A DNA stretch of 64,000 nt, taken from the NCBI GenBank assembly GCA_964234715.1, contig OZ174275.1; one strand, 5' to 3'. The DNA comes from Podarcis melisellensis (lineage: Eukaryota). The first letter of the stretch is position 1. Every line of letters begins with the position of its first letter. The notes under the pieces were generated by a model. It did no database searches. It worked only from the letters and a program-made list of their open reading frames with translations, and was not told where the DNA came from. The position numbers and the translations under genes are program-made. This document shows, in pieces, positions 50,001 to 63,420 of the stretch.

Positions 50001-53000
50001 GATGCAAATCCTGCTTGCATATTATAGAGTACTTTTATACATATTTTTTAAAAATAAAAAGCTTGGCAGTATGTACATCCCTGGTATCAGCCCCTCACTA
50101 AAAGGAAAGGAATTCCCTATGGACTGACTTTGCTGAGAATTACCAGTAGCTCTGGAGAACACCAGTGAAACAACCAAAAAACTGACAAAGATGCAGAAAC
50201 TATTTTGTTTTATTTAAGAAGTTTTAAAAATCTGCCTTTCAATAAGATGCTTCAGAGCTTTGAAGCAACAATATAATCAACAACAACAAAATGTAAATTA
50301 ATAAAACAAGCAGTAAACAGTAAAGACAGTCAAATAAGCATTTTAAAGAGCAGTGGTAAGTGGTCCAGCTGGTATATTCAGCAGCTGAGATCTCATCTGA
50401 ATGAAAGGAGTTTCAAGAACATGTTCCTGGAACTTTCTTGCAGGAGATGATTCTGCCATCTTTAGAGTATAATGGAGTATAATGTCACTGCCACTGATTT
50501 CACAAAAATAGATATAGTAAAAAAAACCCCACCAGAAAAACTCCACCACCACTTGTGCACACAAGAAAACAAGCAGTATTATATAAATTAAAAATCCCTT
50601 GTTTATAGACCATGGTAGTACAAGTAGTTTATGCTGTTGTAGGAGGCGGCGGCTTTCATCAGTTGCACCTTGCAGCAGATACACTTAAAAAACCCCAATG
50701 TGACCCCATTAGTAGGCCATCAATACAACTGAAGGCAATGGCACTAAAATTTCTACAGACCTGCATCTAAATAATGATGTAATATTGATAGTAAGATTTC
50801 CTATAAAGGGCTTCTTCTTCCCATTCCCCATTTCTTTCCTCTAATAACTTATTTAGGTTAACAATTTGTAAGCTACTTTTTTTAAGGTAAGTTCTGGCAG
50901 CATGGAGTTGGATCCAGTGATCCTGTCATCTGCTAATAGAAAAGGGCAGCTGGTTTTTTTTTTACCAGCCTCCCCCCTTTCCTCCAATCTACTCCAGAAC
51001 AGCATAGGTGACAGGGTGGTGATGGTGGGGCTGCAGGGATTGGAAGAAATTGCCCCTCCATCAGATTGAAGGCCCTTGTGTTCACAGAAATGTTGTTTCT
51101 GGGAAAGGAAGGTAACCTTTGGGTCCAGCCTATGCTTTGCTCTAGGTGTTTCCTATTATTTAGGAGATAATTCGTTGTTTTGATCAAGAATGCACATGCA
51201 AATACGTGTAAATATGTATGTAAAAAAAAATGTAAATACACGTGCAAACCTCACAATAATATAGCTAAAGTGATTGAATCTTTTAGATCACGCTTCTGAG
51301 GTGCCTGAGAAACTTGTCCAGGATCGGTTCCGGAAACTTGGGCTCTTCCCTGAAGCCTTCAGCTCGATCCATTACAAAGGAACAAGGACACATAACCCCC
51401 CAACGGATTTCTCTGGGCTCAGGCATGCCGTGGAGCAGCAGCTAGAAAATAATACGACCCGTTCTCCCCGGCCTCCTGGAGTTATCTACAAGGCACTCAA
51501 AGTAAGTTTAAGATGCTGAATTACTGTTCCTCTATACAAAGACCACAGATTCCGTCGCCACAGCCAGTAGCTCTGGGGGCAGGTGGCTATATTTCAAATT
51601 GCAAATTCCTCCAGTTTCATTCGTGGAGGGTTGGACTTTGATTGCCATCAGGTCCCTTAGAAATCAAAGTCCACCCCCCCGTCCCAAAGCAGGGTCACCC
51701 GCACTCCTCCTATCCACGGAGCAACTCCCATAATATAAAGCAAACAGCAAAGAACGAGAGTTGACCAGAGTAGACAGTGTATCAGAGCTCCTGAAGAGTA
51801 GGCAGACCCAGAACTGTACGGCAAGTGAGCCATGCCAAGAGAAAATGGACACCCCGCCTCCAGTTAGGCTGACACCGAGGGAAATTGAGGACATTGGCAG
51901 GCTTACAACTAACACTGAGGTCTGATTTGTACTTCCTGACTATTCCAGTTGCCCAGGCCATATCAGCTTCTGTGAGTTGTTTTCTTCTTTTAAAAAAAGG
52001 CCAGAAGAAACTTTGGACTGGGTTTGTGGAGTAGGTGAAAAGAGTACTTCATCAAGCCCGTGTCTCTTTAATACTTTCCCCCAGTGTTTACAAACGTAGT
52101 TTCTACAGACACTGTACTTCTACTAGTAGTCATGCACCATAAATGGCTAAGCAAGGCGGGACTAAGCTGCTGTACTACAATGGAAAGATCCTTCTTGTTG
52201 CCGGGGTAACTGAGAGTCAGGGCATGGTCTCCAGGCAACAACCTATTCTCTGACTTGCCTTGATTTTTCCCCTCAGTTTCCTTAAATGGTTTTTCATCTG
52301 TAGATAGCAAAGATGTAACATCTGGAGCTAGTGGAGGTCAAGACCACAGCTCTTCAGGGGACAATGTAAGAGTCAGGGAAAGTGTGTGAGCAAATGCTTG
52401 AGTATTTTAAAATGAGGATGGATATGTTTTTGGAGGAGAGAGTTTATATGTATGCAATTAGAAGTTTTACCGCAACACATCCTCCGCTGAGCATTTATTA
52501 TGCAATTAGATCTTTCCCATGTAATGAGAAGATGTATTTTTTGACTTCTTCCCTACAACCCCGCTCCTACATTTATTGTGGTGTTGTCACTAACAACACA
52601 GTCCTTAACATGTTCTCTCAGAACCCTATGATTATTTACGCTGTGCTCAGTGGGGTTTACTTCCCGGAAATTGTGTATGGCATTGCAGCCAAACTCTTCT
52701 TTTCCACAACCCCTCCTTGTTCGGTTTATGACTTGACAGGCATTTTTACAGTACGTGAAGAGTATAGTTACCCATGGTTTTAATGTTCATTATTCATTCA
52801 TGGCTTATCTATTTATGGATGTTGCAGTGTGAAGTATACACTTTCTGATCATGAGGTATTTAATGTTTTGTTGCCAGAAGAAAAGTTTCTCATCTGAATT
52901 GCAATCAGTTGCACTGTCTTAATCTACGGTTCTCGCCTGCTGAACCAAAGAGAGATTTTGTGGCTTTAATAACTGTGCAGCAGGGAGGAGTTTGCTTCTC

Positions 53001-56000
53001 CCAAAATGCATGCAATGGCCAGGCAACGATACCCCTGTAGTCTAAAAGGTTTCCAGGGTCTGCTTGGTGCTTTTGCAATCTTTACATTCAATCTTTGTGA
53101 GCAGGGCATGGGGGGAGAAGTTGCTTACAAAACATTCAGGGAAATTCCTGCCAATAGGCTGCCAATGTAGGAGTAAGCTCTTTGCCTCTCTTTCTCTTTC
53201 CTGGAAATTTTGGATTTTATGATTTATTTTTATTTTATGACACTTATATACCATTTAATTGTAATAAAAACCTCAAAGTGGTTTACAAAAAGAATAAATG
53301 AATGGCAATATGGCTAGAACCTAACAGTTTTGACAGTCTTTCCATCCTTGTTGAAGATCGGGCTGGGCAATATCTGGTTTTCAACACCACAATCTATCAC
53401 CAGCTAAACATCACAAGGCCTCAGTCTATCACGATATATATCCGCCACAGGAGAGAGCCTCGTCAGTCCTCCCTACAGTAGAGGAGGAACTCACTGACAG
53501 CAGACCCTTGCAGAGGGCAGGATTGTGCCCTCCGCTCATCTGCTTGTGAGCAGAGAGTTCTGTCCTGCTAGGTGTTGTGTTTCCTTTGGGGAACATGCAG
53601 GCAAAGCAGAACTCTCCCTCACAGTTCAGTTTTGACAGATTTGTGGAACCATCAGATACTTGTCAGGGAAGTGGCTCTGTGCATCTGTTAAAGTTGGCTT
53701 GCAGGGTGCGGGGAGAGAAAGATCTGACATGCCAGTCCGAAAATGTTCCATGCCCTGATCTGACACATAAGAGGTGCTTCACACTCCTATACTGTTCCAT
53801 AAAAGTTGGGTTTTTTTTTATGTCCCGCTAGCTCTATACTCACTGCTGGTTTCTCTCTGTGTGTTCTGCAGGCACTGAGTGATAGGTTCTGCGGTGAGAT
53901 CCCAGATGATCAGATGGCCCACAGCTCCTTCTTTCCAGACGAGTATTTCACCTGTTCCTCCGTATGTCTCAGCTGCGGGTAGGTGGAATGGGAAGAACAC
54001 TATTTGAATAAGATCTACAGTGTCAGAATTATGCTATATATTACAATATAATGACCATGTTACACGCAACCCAGTCATTGCCCATTTTAAATAGGGAGTT
54101 GCCAATGTCACTGTTAAGTAAAACTTGGGTGAGAAATTCTGTGGTTGGTTATTCATGTTGGGAATTTGCTTTGTTTCTTGTGTTGTTGGGAGAACACTGC
54201 TTCCGAAACGATCTTATTATCTTTAAATAAAATCCAACATTACTGTACAGTTGTACCTCTGCTTACGTATCCCTCTGGATACGTAAACTTTGGGTTGCAA
54301 ACACATACACTTCTGGGTTTCGCTGCATGTGCAAAAGCTCTCAATTGTGCCGTGTGCGTGCACAGAAGAGCGTCTCCAGTTACAACGTTTTCGGGATGCA
54401 GCTGGGCCTCCAGAATGGATCCCGGTCACAACCAGAGGTACCACTGTATATATATTTAGTGTGTAAGGCATTGGGTAACATCATAAACCTGGAATCTATA
54501 TAATCAGGGGTGGGGAACCACTTTTAGCTGGTGGGCCAGATCCAATTGTAACGAACAACCCATGGGCCACATTTGACAGGTGGGCATCTGCCAGTCATCT
54601 GACATAAGGATGATCTGACTCCCGGCTGAAGCAGTGTGGCTTGCATGTGACTTGTAATTGTAAAGAGCAACCAATGCGAGCCACAACTGCAAAAGAATGA
54701 TTGGGAGCCTTAGAGATCCACTAGGGAGCTTCCGGTCAGTCTGCCTTCTGAGTATTTATGTGCTTTGCTTTGAAACTCCAGGTGTGGATGTAAAAACAGC
54801 ATGAACCATTCAAAAGAAGGGGTACCTCATGAAGCCAAGAATCGGTGTAGATACACCCATCAGTACGATAACAGAGTGTTTACATGCAAGGTGAGTGGAG
54901 CAAGTGAAAGAGAGCTTCTGGTACTGGAGGTTGACAAGAAGAGCCTGCATAGCTTATAACCTGCTGAGATTAATGTAGCCCATCAATCCATGTATTGTAG
55001 CTTGCAAGGTGCTTTGCAACCTGTGATGGTTATTCCTTGTATTTTGGAAGTTTTGTCAACTTACCTGAAGAGGTTAAGGGCAAACTCTGCATTCTCCTCC
55101 CTCTGTACATTACACGACCCATCTATGTTTGCAGTTGGAGGCAGAAACAAGCGGATCTCTGAGCCTCTGCTGGGCTGTGAATTCACTTTGGGTGGGTCAA
55201 AGATTTCACAGCTTTGGGCTAGAAAGAACTAGGGTTTTCCCTGGCCTGTTTTCTGGCACCCACTGTCTATTGAAGAACAGCGAGTTCCTAGTTTTAATGC
55301 TGTTAATGTTTTCGTGCATATGTTCAAACCATACCATTCCTCATTGCCTCCATTTTGGGGGAAGTCATAACTCTTCATTGTAAATGGAAGAGTTTAATTG
55401 ATATTTTGCATTTCAGGCCTGTTATGAACGTGGGAATGAAGTTAGAGTGGTGCCCAAAACATCCGCTTCCACTGATTCCCCTTGGATGGGACTTGCCAAG
55501 TATGCCTGGTCAGGGTGAGTACAGGAGCAGAGGAGCTGTTTTCCCCCTTCATCTTTCCCTACTCCCATTCTCTTCACTTGGAGCATGCTTGAGTGACCAG
55601 CTCTTCTTCCTTCCTGACTGCAGGTACGTGATCGAGTGCCCCAACTGCGGAGTTGTGTACCGCAGCCGACAGTACTGGTTTGGCAACCAAGACCCTGTGG
55701 ATACTGTGGTGAGGACAGAAATTGTGCACATCTGGCCAGGTGTAAGTCCACTTGCATACATTTGTTTCTTGTCCTTTTAATTGAAGGGGAAACGATTAGG
55801 CTGCTACAGTAGCAGGCATTCCACCCCTGTTGTGTTAAATCATCCCATTTCAGGAGATGTTGGCGATGAAAGAAGTTTTACATGCCCAGGTCATTAAAGC
55901 CAAGTTTGATGCCACCATGTTGTGTCTTGGGGACATGGATTGAGAAATATGTAAACCAGATCTCTCCTGTCCAGCTTCAAGAAATACTTTCTGTATTCAT

Positions 56001-59000
56001 CCTGGTTCATCTCCTTACCTCTCCATTAAGATCCATCCTAGTGTGTTTAGGCCACACATTCCAAAGCAGAGAGTGAGGGAAGGGACGAGAGCCATGCATT
56101 AGGATCTTCCATGCCCCTAGACAGAGCTCCTATTTTGAATTCCTTCTAAGGAATTTACATGAAGATTTGGGGCGTCCCAGTCAGTAACAGAAGTCTAATT
56201 TCCTTATGTGGTTGCACCGGTGAGTCACTTCCTTTCTCCAAATAAAAGACAATGTATATCTTCTGACATTTGGTAGAGGTCAACAGGTCAGCAGCAGGCA
56301 GGCACAATGAGATGTTAATTGTACTGAATATCCATTTTTGTTGCAGACGGATTGCAGTCTGAAAGACAACAACAATGCTGCTCAGCGCCTCATAGACGGC
56401 ATGAACTTTATGGCCCAATCAGTGTCTGAACTGAGCCTGGGACCCACGAAAGCAGTGACCTCTTGGCTGACGGATCAAATCGCTCCAGCCTACTGGAAAC
56501 CCAATTCCCAGATTCTGGTATCTAGCAGTCATCATACTTGCATGCTGATGAGAAGTCCTTTTCCTTTTCCCTACTTCTCTTTCTCCAAAGACATGAAATA
56601 ATGGTTCATTGTTTGATGAAATGCCTCTGTTGTGTTCTACAAATCTGTTGCCTCCAGCAGACATAGTGAGACAGCCCTGTGTGCAGTCTCCTCCTTTGGG
56701 GGCTCTCACTCTCCTGCTTCCCACTAGGAAAAAAGAAAGAAGCCCTTCTGCTCAAGGCTCAACAGCTGGGCCACAGACACCTCTGACGCAGGTGCCAATC
56801 CTGAGCCTCATGACAAAATGAAATTTGTTCATCGTGTGGTTAGCTCTGAGGCTGTAGCAGATGCTAATGACCCCTTCACACCTGCTTGCCTTGCCCAATC
56901 TTGTCTCAGGAGGCCTTTAGCAGAGAGCTGTGTCCTCACCATAGGAGCCAGCTCCTAGGGCAAGGTCCCTTTGCGCCCCCCCCAAATATTTGAGCGGGTT
57001 GGGTCCCCCAAGTTGATGGGCATTGCCATTCAAATGGTGTGTGTGCACTGTGACTTTGCTGTATCAGGTGTGGATATGATATGGCTTGAGTTCCCTGCTG
57101 GCCAGATGTTCCCACCACCAATTTAGCTAACTGAAAGACTAAAAATGCCTCTTCATCCTCTTTCACCAAACTACTTAGTCCAATGGCTTGTTGTCGTGTT
57201 TTTTTATCTCCTTCAGAATTGCAGAAAGTGTGGCATCTCTTTTAAAGATAATGACACCAAACACCATTGTCGGGCTTGTGGAGAAGGTTTCTGTGATGGT
57301 TGTTCATCCAAGACCCGCCCTGTTCCCGAACGTGGCTGGGGCCCCACACCGGTGCGAGTATGCGATGGCTGCTATGACAGCAGGGGCGTTCAGTTAGGTA
57401 ATCCCATCCTGACCATAGTAGGTGTGTGAACCAAAGGGGGGGAAACCTATAACCTTTTGTGTGTGTGTTGGTGTATCATGTTGTGCTTTTAAATGCTTGT
57501 CCCTGTTGCCTTTTGTCATCTCCCAGCTGAGATTGATGTCAGGCTATGTGAGATGTTGAAGATCTGTGATTGGATGTCTTGCTTTGATTCTTCAAAAGCA
57601 CCCATGGGGGCCCTGAGTTGGATTGGGATGGCATCACTGGAGGAAGCTGTTAACCTGTGCTATTTGCATCATCTAAATAATGTGTGTGGAACCTTTGGCC
57701 CTTCACGTGTTGTGGAACCACAACTCCCATCAACCCCAGCAAGCATGGCCAGTGGCTAGGGATGATGGGAATTGTAGCCCAGCAACATCTGGAGGACCAA
57801 AGGCTTCCCAACTCCTGATCTAAATACACCCCAAAGTCACTATTTGCCCCATGGGTGGGAGAATGTTCTGATTTAGGGCCTTCTGGTTGCTTATGAAATA
57901 AATTGGGGGATCTAGCTGTGGATTTCCAACATCTCATCTCTTTCATTAGAGGTTTTAAGCAGAAGCTGAGTGGGCACCTATAAGGGATGTGGTAGCACTG
58001 CATTTCTTGCATCAGGCAAGATGATCTCCTGTCCCTTTCAGTTGAGTGATTCATCTAGTTTGGGCCTGACACTCACCTGTGGTTCTTCCTGTATCCAAAA
58101 GTAGAGGGCAATTCCCACCAAACAGCAGAATAATGAGAAAGCAAAATGAAGAAGCATAATAATAAATTTTAGTTTCCAAATTTCTCAGTGCATTTACAAT
58201 TGAAGTCTTCTTCCTCCAGGAAAACAACTCACCTAAATCTTAAGAAATCACTATTCAGATTGAATTAAATCTCCTTCATTTTAACTTTAGAATCAATTGA
58301 TTTATTCACCGGTTGTAAGAAAATGATCTATTTAATGGCCATAGAGAAGAACAGTGTGTATGTACTGAGTAGCTTCCCCAGAGGAAGGAAGGACGTTGTT
58401 GATGCTTTCTTGTCATTCTGCTCCTGAAGCTGCTCAGTTCCAAACCGACACTTTCATCGTAGTTGCCCATGGACCCTGGAGAGCTGACTGGGCTGATGCT
58501 GTCATTCTTTATTTTGTTTTGTTTTAATTTCTGATGAGCACTGAGCTAATTGAACACAGCAGCTATCATCTTTTCTTACCCCAGAATTCCCAAGGCATTC
58601 TGGATTAATAAAGATGGCAGCAGACAGCTGCTTTGCTTGGCACATTGCTGGGGAGCACCAGGCTGAGTGCTGCCACCCATCTCTGCTGCTGCCATTCTGA
58701 GCTTACAAGGGGAGGAGGTGGCAGCACTCAGTCTGGTGCTCACTAGAGAAGCCTTGTGTGCAACCTGGGAGGGCAACCTGCCCAGGGCTATACCAGAGCT
58801 GTTTATGACTCTGGTAACATACCATTTCAAGACACTTGTCCATGATTCAAGCTAGGAGAACGTATTATAGAGGTTGCTTATACACCTGTGGATAAATGAG
58901 TTGATTCAAGAAGGGGGTATCATGGTGCTTGTACAGATGAAAAAATTTCAGCAGCTAGCCTGTTATGAAATGTACCTTCCCCTGCTCTGATCAAACGCAG

Positions 59001-61522
59001 GAAAGTCCTGATGTTCTGCTTTTCAGCAGATGCTGAATTTGACCGTGTAAATTGGCTAGCCATTCTGTCATTCACAAATCCACTTCCTTCTCAAAAGCAG
59101 TTTTATAAAGCTTAACACATAAATTGTATTAATAATAATAATAATAATATTTTTAAAGCACTGAACCAATGTTTGACGAGATGGCTAGCCAAGATCCTTG
59201 TGTTTTAGGTTCTCTCCCCGACCCACTTCCCTGCAAAGCAGTCATCTGCCGGAAGCGTAACGTGAGATGGTGCCCTTGCAAGAGTGGCAGCGGTGGTTGG
59301 GAAGAAGACAGGAGTGGCTGGTGCAGTGGGGTGGGACAGAGTGGCAGTGTGGCAAGGACTTCGCTGGGGCAATGGTGGGAGTGCCAGACTGGCTCTGCCA
59401 GTAAACCCACACATCCCTGATCTTGCCACTGCCAGTAGCTGGCAGCAGGGCTGCTGTACCAGGAAGGCACTCCTGCTGCATTACCCTGCCATGCCAGCTG
59501 CTTCTGAAAGCAGAGCTCCCTCCACAGCAGAAAAACCTTCTTCCTCTTTGAAGGCATATCTGTTCGCATCCCAAAGAATGCCAATCACACACTTTTGTTG
59601 ACTGTCTCAAGGCTCCTATGGCATTACAATGAATTCAAGAACTCCAGTTACCCTTTTATCCCTGGTATAATGGGCCTGCTGTTATTTACAGGGTCTCTTA
59701 ACCTGAAAGTGGGACGCGGGTGGTGCTGTAGGTTAAACCACAGAGCCTAGGACTTGCTGATCAGAAGGTCGGCGGTTCGAATCCCTGCGACGGGGTGAGC
59801 TCCCATTGCTCGGTCCCTGCTCCTGCCAACCTAGCAGTTCGATAGCACGTCTAAGTGCAAGTAGATAAACAGGTACCGCTCTGGCGGGAAGGTAAACGGC
59901 ATTTCCGTACGCTGCTCTGGTTTCACCAGAAGCGGCTTAGTCATGCTGACCACATGACCCAGAAGCTGTACGCCGGCTTCCTCGGCCAATAAAGTGAGAT
60001 GAGTGCCGCAACCCCAGAGTCGGTCACGACTGGACCTAATGGTCAGGGGTCCCTTTACCTTTACTTAACCTGAAATAAAACAAAGGGGGATCAAGAACCT
60101 GTTCCTCCCATGTTCAGCTCATTTCCAACTCATGCTCATGTAGAAACCATGTCTTTAAGCATGGACAGATAAGTAAGCTGCAGATTGAACAATTTGTTGC
60201 CTAAGCATGAGAAATCATAGCAAGTTTTCCTATGGCAGTTAGTCCCCTCATCTGCTGCTACCTTGAAAACCTTCACAGTCACACAGATAGCCTATGCCAC
60301 TGACAGGGTAGTGAAGCACAATAGTTTTACTCACACTACTGTGAGAATATAGCCCTGCTTTGTGCCTTGCACACTTGGCAGTAGCTGAAAGTAAAGGTAA
60401 CAAGAAAGGTAAATCGTGAGCTTTCATCTCTTCTTACTCATGGATTCTGCCCACAGAACAGTTTTTGGTGGGATCTTCCTGGGGAGGTAGCCTTCGGTGA
60501 AGATCTCAGTGTGGAAGATCTATGGATTTCAGTCATTGTCCCCTACCATGTTAGGAACCAACCACTGACTGCAGCTGGCTGCAACTTCTGGGGGAACGTC
60601 AATTTTAATTCTAAATAGAACAGCTGTGTCTTAGGCTGGAGTTGTGCCTTTGTCTCTGAGCCCTAACTTCTGTCATGCAGATGTGCCTGAGGCTCCAACT
60701 GATGAGGAAGGGGGGACAGTGATTGCCAGGAAGGTTGGTGAAGCTGTGCAGAACACTCTTGGAGCTGTAGTGACTGCCATTGATATCCCGTTGGGTAAGT
60801 GTTATTGGTGCATTTAGAAACCTTTTAGCTTCTCAGTTCAGTGGGTATGTATAGAATTGGAGGCTTTTCTTTCCCCCTCAGCAAGTAGCATTTAGTGAAA
60901 TAAAAGAAGTCCAGTGATGCAGAAGACCAGGGCTCTCCAGGTGTGGGGAATCTGCACAGGTACTGCCATCCTTCCCTCTCCCCCACCAAGTTAATGCTAA
61001 GATGCAGAGCTTTGCAATAGGTTGTTTTATTCTCTAAACCTGGTTCCCATACATAAGGTTGCACCCAAAAGCGTAAGCAGGGAAAACAGAAATCTTGGGC
61101 TTATCGACAACTTGTTCAGTAATCCTTTATAAGCCACAGCCTGAGAATTACTTGAACCATCCTATAGATTAGTCTTAATCCTTCATTAAGGGCAGCAAAA
61201 GCAGAGGTGGGTTTTGTACAGTCCCTCCTCCTCTTTATTGGTAACAAACAGAAACGGTGTTGTGGGTTTCCCCCCCTAACTCTCTGTAGGTCTTGTGAAG
61301 GATGCTGCCAGACCTGCCTACTGGGTGCCCGACCATGAAATCTTACACTGCCACAGTTGCCAGAAGGAATTCAATATCAAGCTGTCGAAGCACCACTGCC
61401 GTGCCTGTGGCCAGGGTTTCTGTGACGAGTGCTCTCTGGAGCGCAGAGCTGTCCCTTCCCGTGGCTGGGATCATCCTGTCAGAGTCTGCTTTAATTGCAA
61501 TAAAAAGCCCGGTGACCTTTAA
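43523..61522 (+). CDS. ZFYVE1: Zinc finger FYVE domain-containing protein 1 (DFCP1), whole coding span (11 coding exons, 2343 nt, 780 aa)
   Basis: N-terminal Cys/His zinc fingers, P-loop GNTGDGKS plus DTEG, two FYVE domains (TKHHCR, SKHHCR...VRVC), C-terminus KKPGDL*; all phases consistent. Confidence 0.97.
44119..44360. mobile_element. TcMar/Tigger-like MITE, family A
   Basis: Nearly the same as the 23921 copy; TA TSD. Confidence 0.87.
46800..46890 (+). mobile_element. Penelope-like reverse transcriptase fragment
   Basis: EFLTWMNRVDSCIKFTMDSPHVPFLDI fits the PLE RT motif F..LN....IKFT......FLD. Confidence 0.55.
47325..47495. mobile_element. Palindromic hAT-like MITE
   Basis: TAGAGATGGGAAGGCCTGG...CCAGGCCTTCCCATCTCTA; 8-bp flanks GGCAAGTC / GAGAAGTC (6/8 identical). 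Confidence 0.8.
49038..49542 (+). CDS. ZFYVE1: ZFYVE1 exon 3 (P-loop NTPase)
   Basis: VANEDEFIRKL...GNTGDGKS...DTEGLLG...QLLGA; 505 nt. Confidence 0.95.
51287..51501 (+). CDS. ZFYVE1: ZFYVE1 exon 4
   Basis: DHASEVPEKL...VIYKALK; 215 nt. Confidence 0.95.
53872..53978 (+). CDS. ZFYVE1: ZFYVE1 exon 5
   Basis: ALSDRFCGEIPDDQMAHSSFFPDEYFTCSSVCLSC; 107 nt. Confidence 0.94.
54248..54446. mobile_element. TcMar/Tigger-like MITE, older
   Basis: TA|CAGTTGTACCTCTG...CAGAGGTACCACTG|TA. Confidence 0.8.
54782..54890 (+). CDS. ZFYVE1: ZFYVE1 exon 6
   Basis: CGCKNSMNHSKEGVPHEAKNRCRYTHQYDNRVFTCK; 109 nt. Confidence 0.94.
55417..55514 (+). CDS. ZFYVE1: ZFYVE1 exon 7
   Basis: ACYERGNEVRVVPKTSASTDSPWMGLAKYAWS; 98 nt. 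Confidence 0.94.
55624..55741 (+). CDS. ZFYVE1: ZFYVE1 exon 8
   Basis: YVIECPNCGVVYRSRQYWFGNQDPVDTVVRTEIVHIWPG; 118 nt. Confidence 0.95.
56347..56517 (+). CDS. ZFYVE1: ZFYVE1 exon 9
   Basis: TDCSLKDNNNAAQRLIDG...APAYWKPNSQIL; 171 nt. Confidence 0.94.
57217..57397 (+). CDS. ZFYVE1: ZFYVE1 exon 10 (FYVE 1)
   Basis: NCRKCGISFKDNDTKHHCRACGEGFCDGCS...VRVCDGCY; 181 nt. Confidence 0.95.
59709..60063 (+). mobile_element. Sauria-type SINE
   Basis: 12-bp TSD CTTAACCTGAAA (59697-59708 / 60064-60075). Confidence 0.9.
60681..60794 (+). CDS. ZFYVE1: ZFYVE1 exon 11
   Basis: DVPEAPTDEEGGTVIARKVGEAVQNTLGAVVTAIDIPL; 114 nt. Confidence 0.94.
61290..61522 (+). CDS. ZFYVE1: ZFYVE1 exon 12 coding part (FYVE 2, stop)
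   Basis: LVKDAARPAYWVPD...SKHHCRACGQGFC...VRVCFNCNKKPGDL*. Confidence 0.95.
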
Positions 61523-63420
61523 CCCTACCTACCTTTCTGGGTCCTCCGTAACACCTTAGCTTCTCAGGGTTAGATAAAACAAAAGTCACCCTTTTTAACC
61601 TTTTACAGCCAGAGCGCATGCTCCTGATCTCTGGCCCTTTTCCCCCATGTGCGGATTTCTATAGGATTGCTGAACAGCTAGTTTTAACAAGTTCTGCAGG
61701 ACTTGGCCAACTTGGGATGTATGGAGAAGCTTGCAGTAAAATGAGGAATCCAAAAATCCAGTGTATTATATACCAGTTTAAAGTATGTATCTCTATATCT
61801 ATATTATTGAGTATGCTAAGAATGCAGCTGGCTGATGAAGCATTGATGATTTACAATTAAAACAAGCAAAGGTAAATAGAACTGTTTTCTGAAATGTAAG
61901 GGGGGTCAAACATACAGCTTCTTGAGTGCCTTGGAATTCTTTTGTGTGAAGCATTTTGCTGTTTGTTTACAGCGTCTTAGACTTACAAAGGCTTCGGTTC
62001 TATACACCTTGAACTAACCGTTGTTCATACTCCCTGTTTCGGACAGTGAGTCCTAAGCTTTTGGGTCTGACCCTTTGGAACTCCCATCACCCATATTTAT
62101 TTTACCCCAGTTGGCTTTTGTTCTGTTTATAGGGCCTTGTCATCCAGAGCTAAGGAGTTTCCTCATGGCTGAAAACAGCCGGAGAAATGAGGAAGCTGCT
62201 CTGTACAGGTCCTGATAAAAATATGTGCTGCTGCAGAAAGGATGGTAATCTTAGAAGGGCCATGCGATAAAGGCAGTGGATGTATGGGAGGAATCAAACA
62301 ATGTAACACAAAACTTATAGCTGGTCTTCTAACAGCTATTTCAGCTTCATTTTGGGCTGATGAGGCCTTATTTCTCTTGTTCACATTCCTCTATGCTTGG
62401 TTTTCCTTGTTGATGGACTCTTCCCCCCCCCATCAAAAATCTTTAGGCTAAGAGCAAAGGTAAGTACTAGGCAAGACCCACAAACCTGCAGTGTAGTGTT
62501 TGCTTAGCATCTTAGTCACTTGTCTTCTGTAAATGGTCCCAGGTATAGATTCTTAGCGGTATCTATGTGAACCACCCTTAAAGCACTCGTATAAACCAAC
62601 TTGGAAAACAGTGATGTACTTCTGATGACATCGGGGGATTGTCTTTTTGGAGGGAGAAAACCCTGCATTGAACCACTTTGAGACACTGATCAAACCACTG
62701 AGTAAAAATTATCGCATTAGACTTTGATGTGGATCTCTGCTTCCATGACGAGACCTTCAGAAACCCAATCAGTTTGAAGAATGAATCCCCTTCTCCTTTT
62801 TACTCCTGAGAATGGCACATTCCCATGGCAGAGATTTGTCGTCACTCATAACAGCTGGAGTTTGGCATGATAGTCAGGCACAATACCCTGGCACTGTTGT
62901 TTCTCCCACTTATTAAAATATAACCTTGTATACCTTGATGACTGACCCCTATTTTAGAACTGTAATATGAAATTAAGTGCTATAAAGGACTATCCCTTCT
63001 GAACAAGTGTGCTGATTTCTTCTGTATATCTACCTAATCTTGCTGTGTCTTGGGAAGGGAGAGACAGTTTCCGGCTTGCATGCCAAAATGGAACTGGATT
63101 ATGTAGTAGTACATTCCTGCTGTCTAAACTCTACAGGGATTAATATGTGTTTTGTAACTAGAAGCTGATAGGTTTTGGGTTTTTTTCTTCAAGGGATAGA
63201 AGTGGGAGAAGTTATCTTGTAGTGATTTTTCAACCTAGGTAACTGCACTTTGAAGTGTTTTATTTTTGACTCTGTGGTGGAAAATACAAGTGAAACCTGT
63301 TGTGTAGTCCATGCCCTCTGTATGTTCTCCATGCATGTAGGTATTTTACCATGTTATTGCACACCCAGAGACCACCGTTGGCATTCCTTGTATAAAATCT
63401 TCACTTGTAAGCTTCTGTTT
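61523..63420 (+). other. ZFYVE1: ZFYVE1 3' UTR (end approximate)
   Basis: Stretch with no recognisable repeats; ATTAAA near 62912; TATAAA at 63391 followed by a GU-rich tract. Confidence 0.45.

Noticed and set aside
59153-59610. Cluster of ORFs on both strands in ZFYVE1 intron 10
   Set aside because: GC-rich degenerate sequence without homology or convincing splice sites.
57217-61522. Deviant FYVE signatures (TKHHCR/SKHHCR, WKPN)
   Set aside because: Known features of DFCP1 orthologues, not novel.
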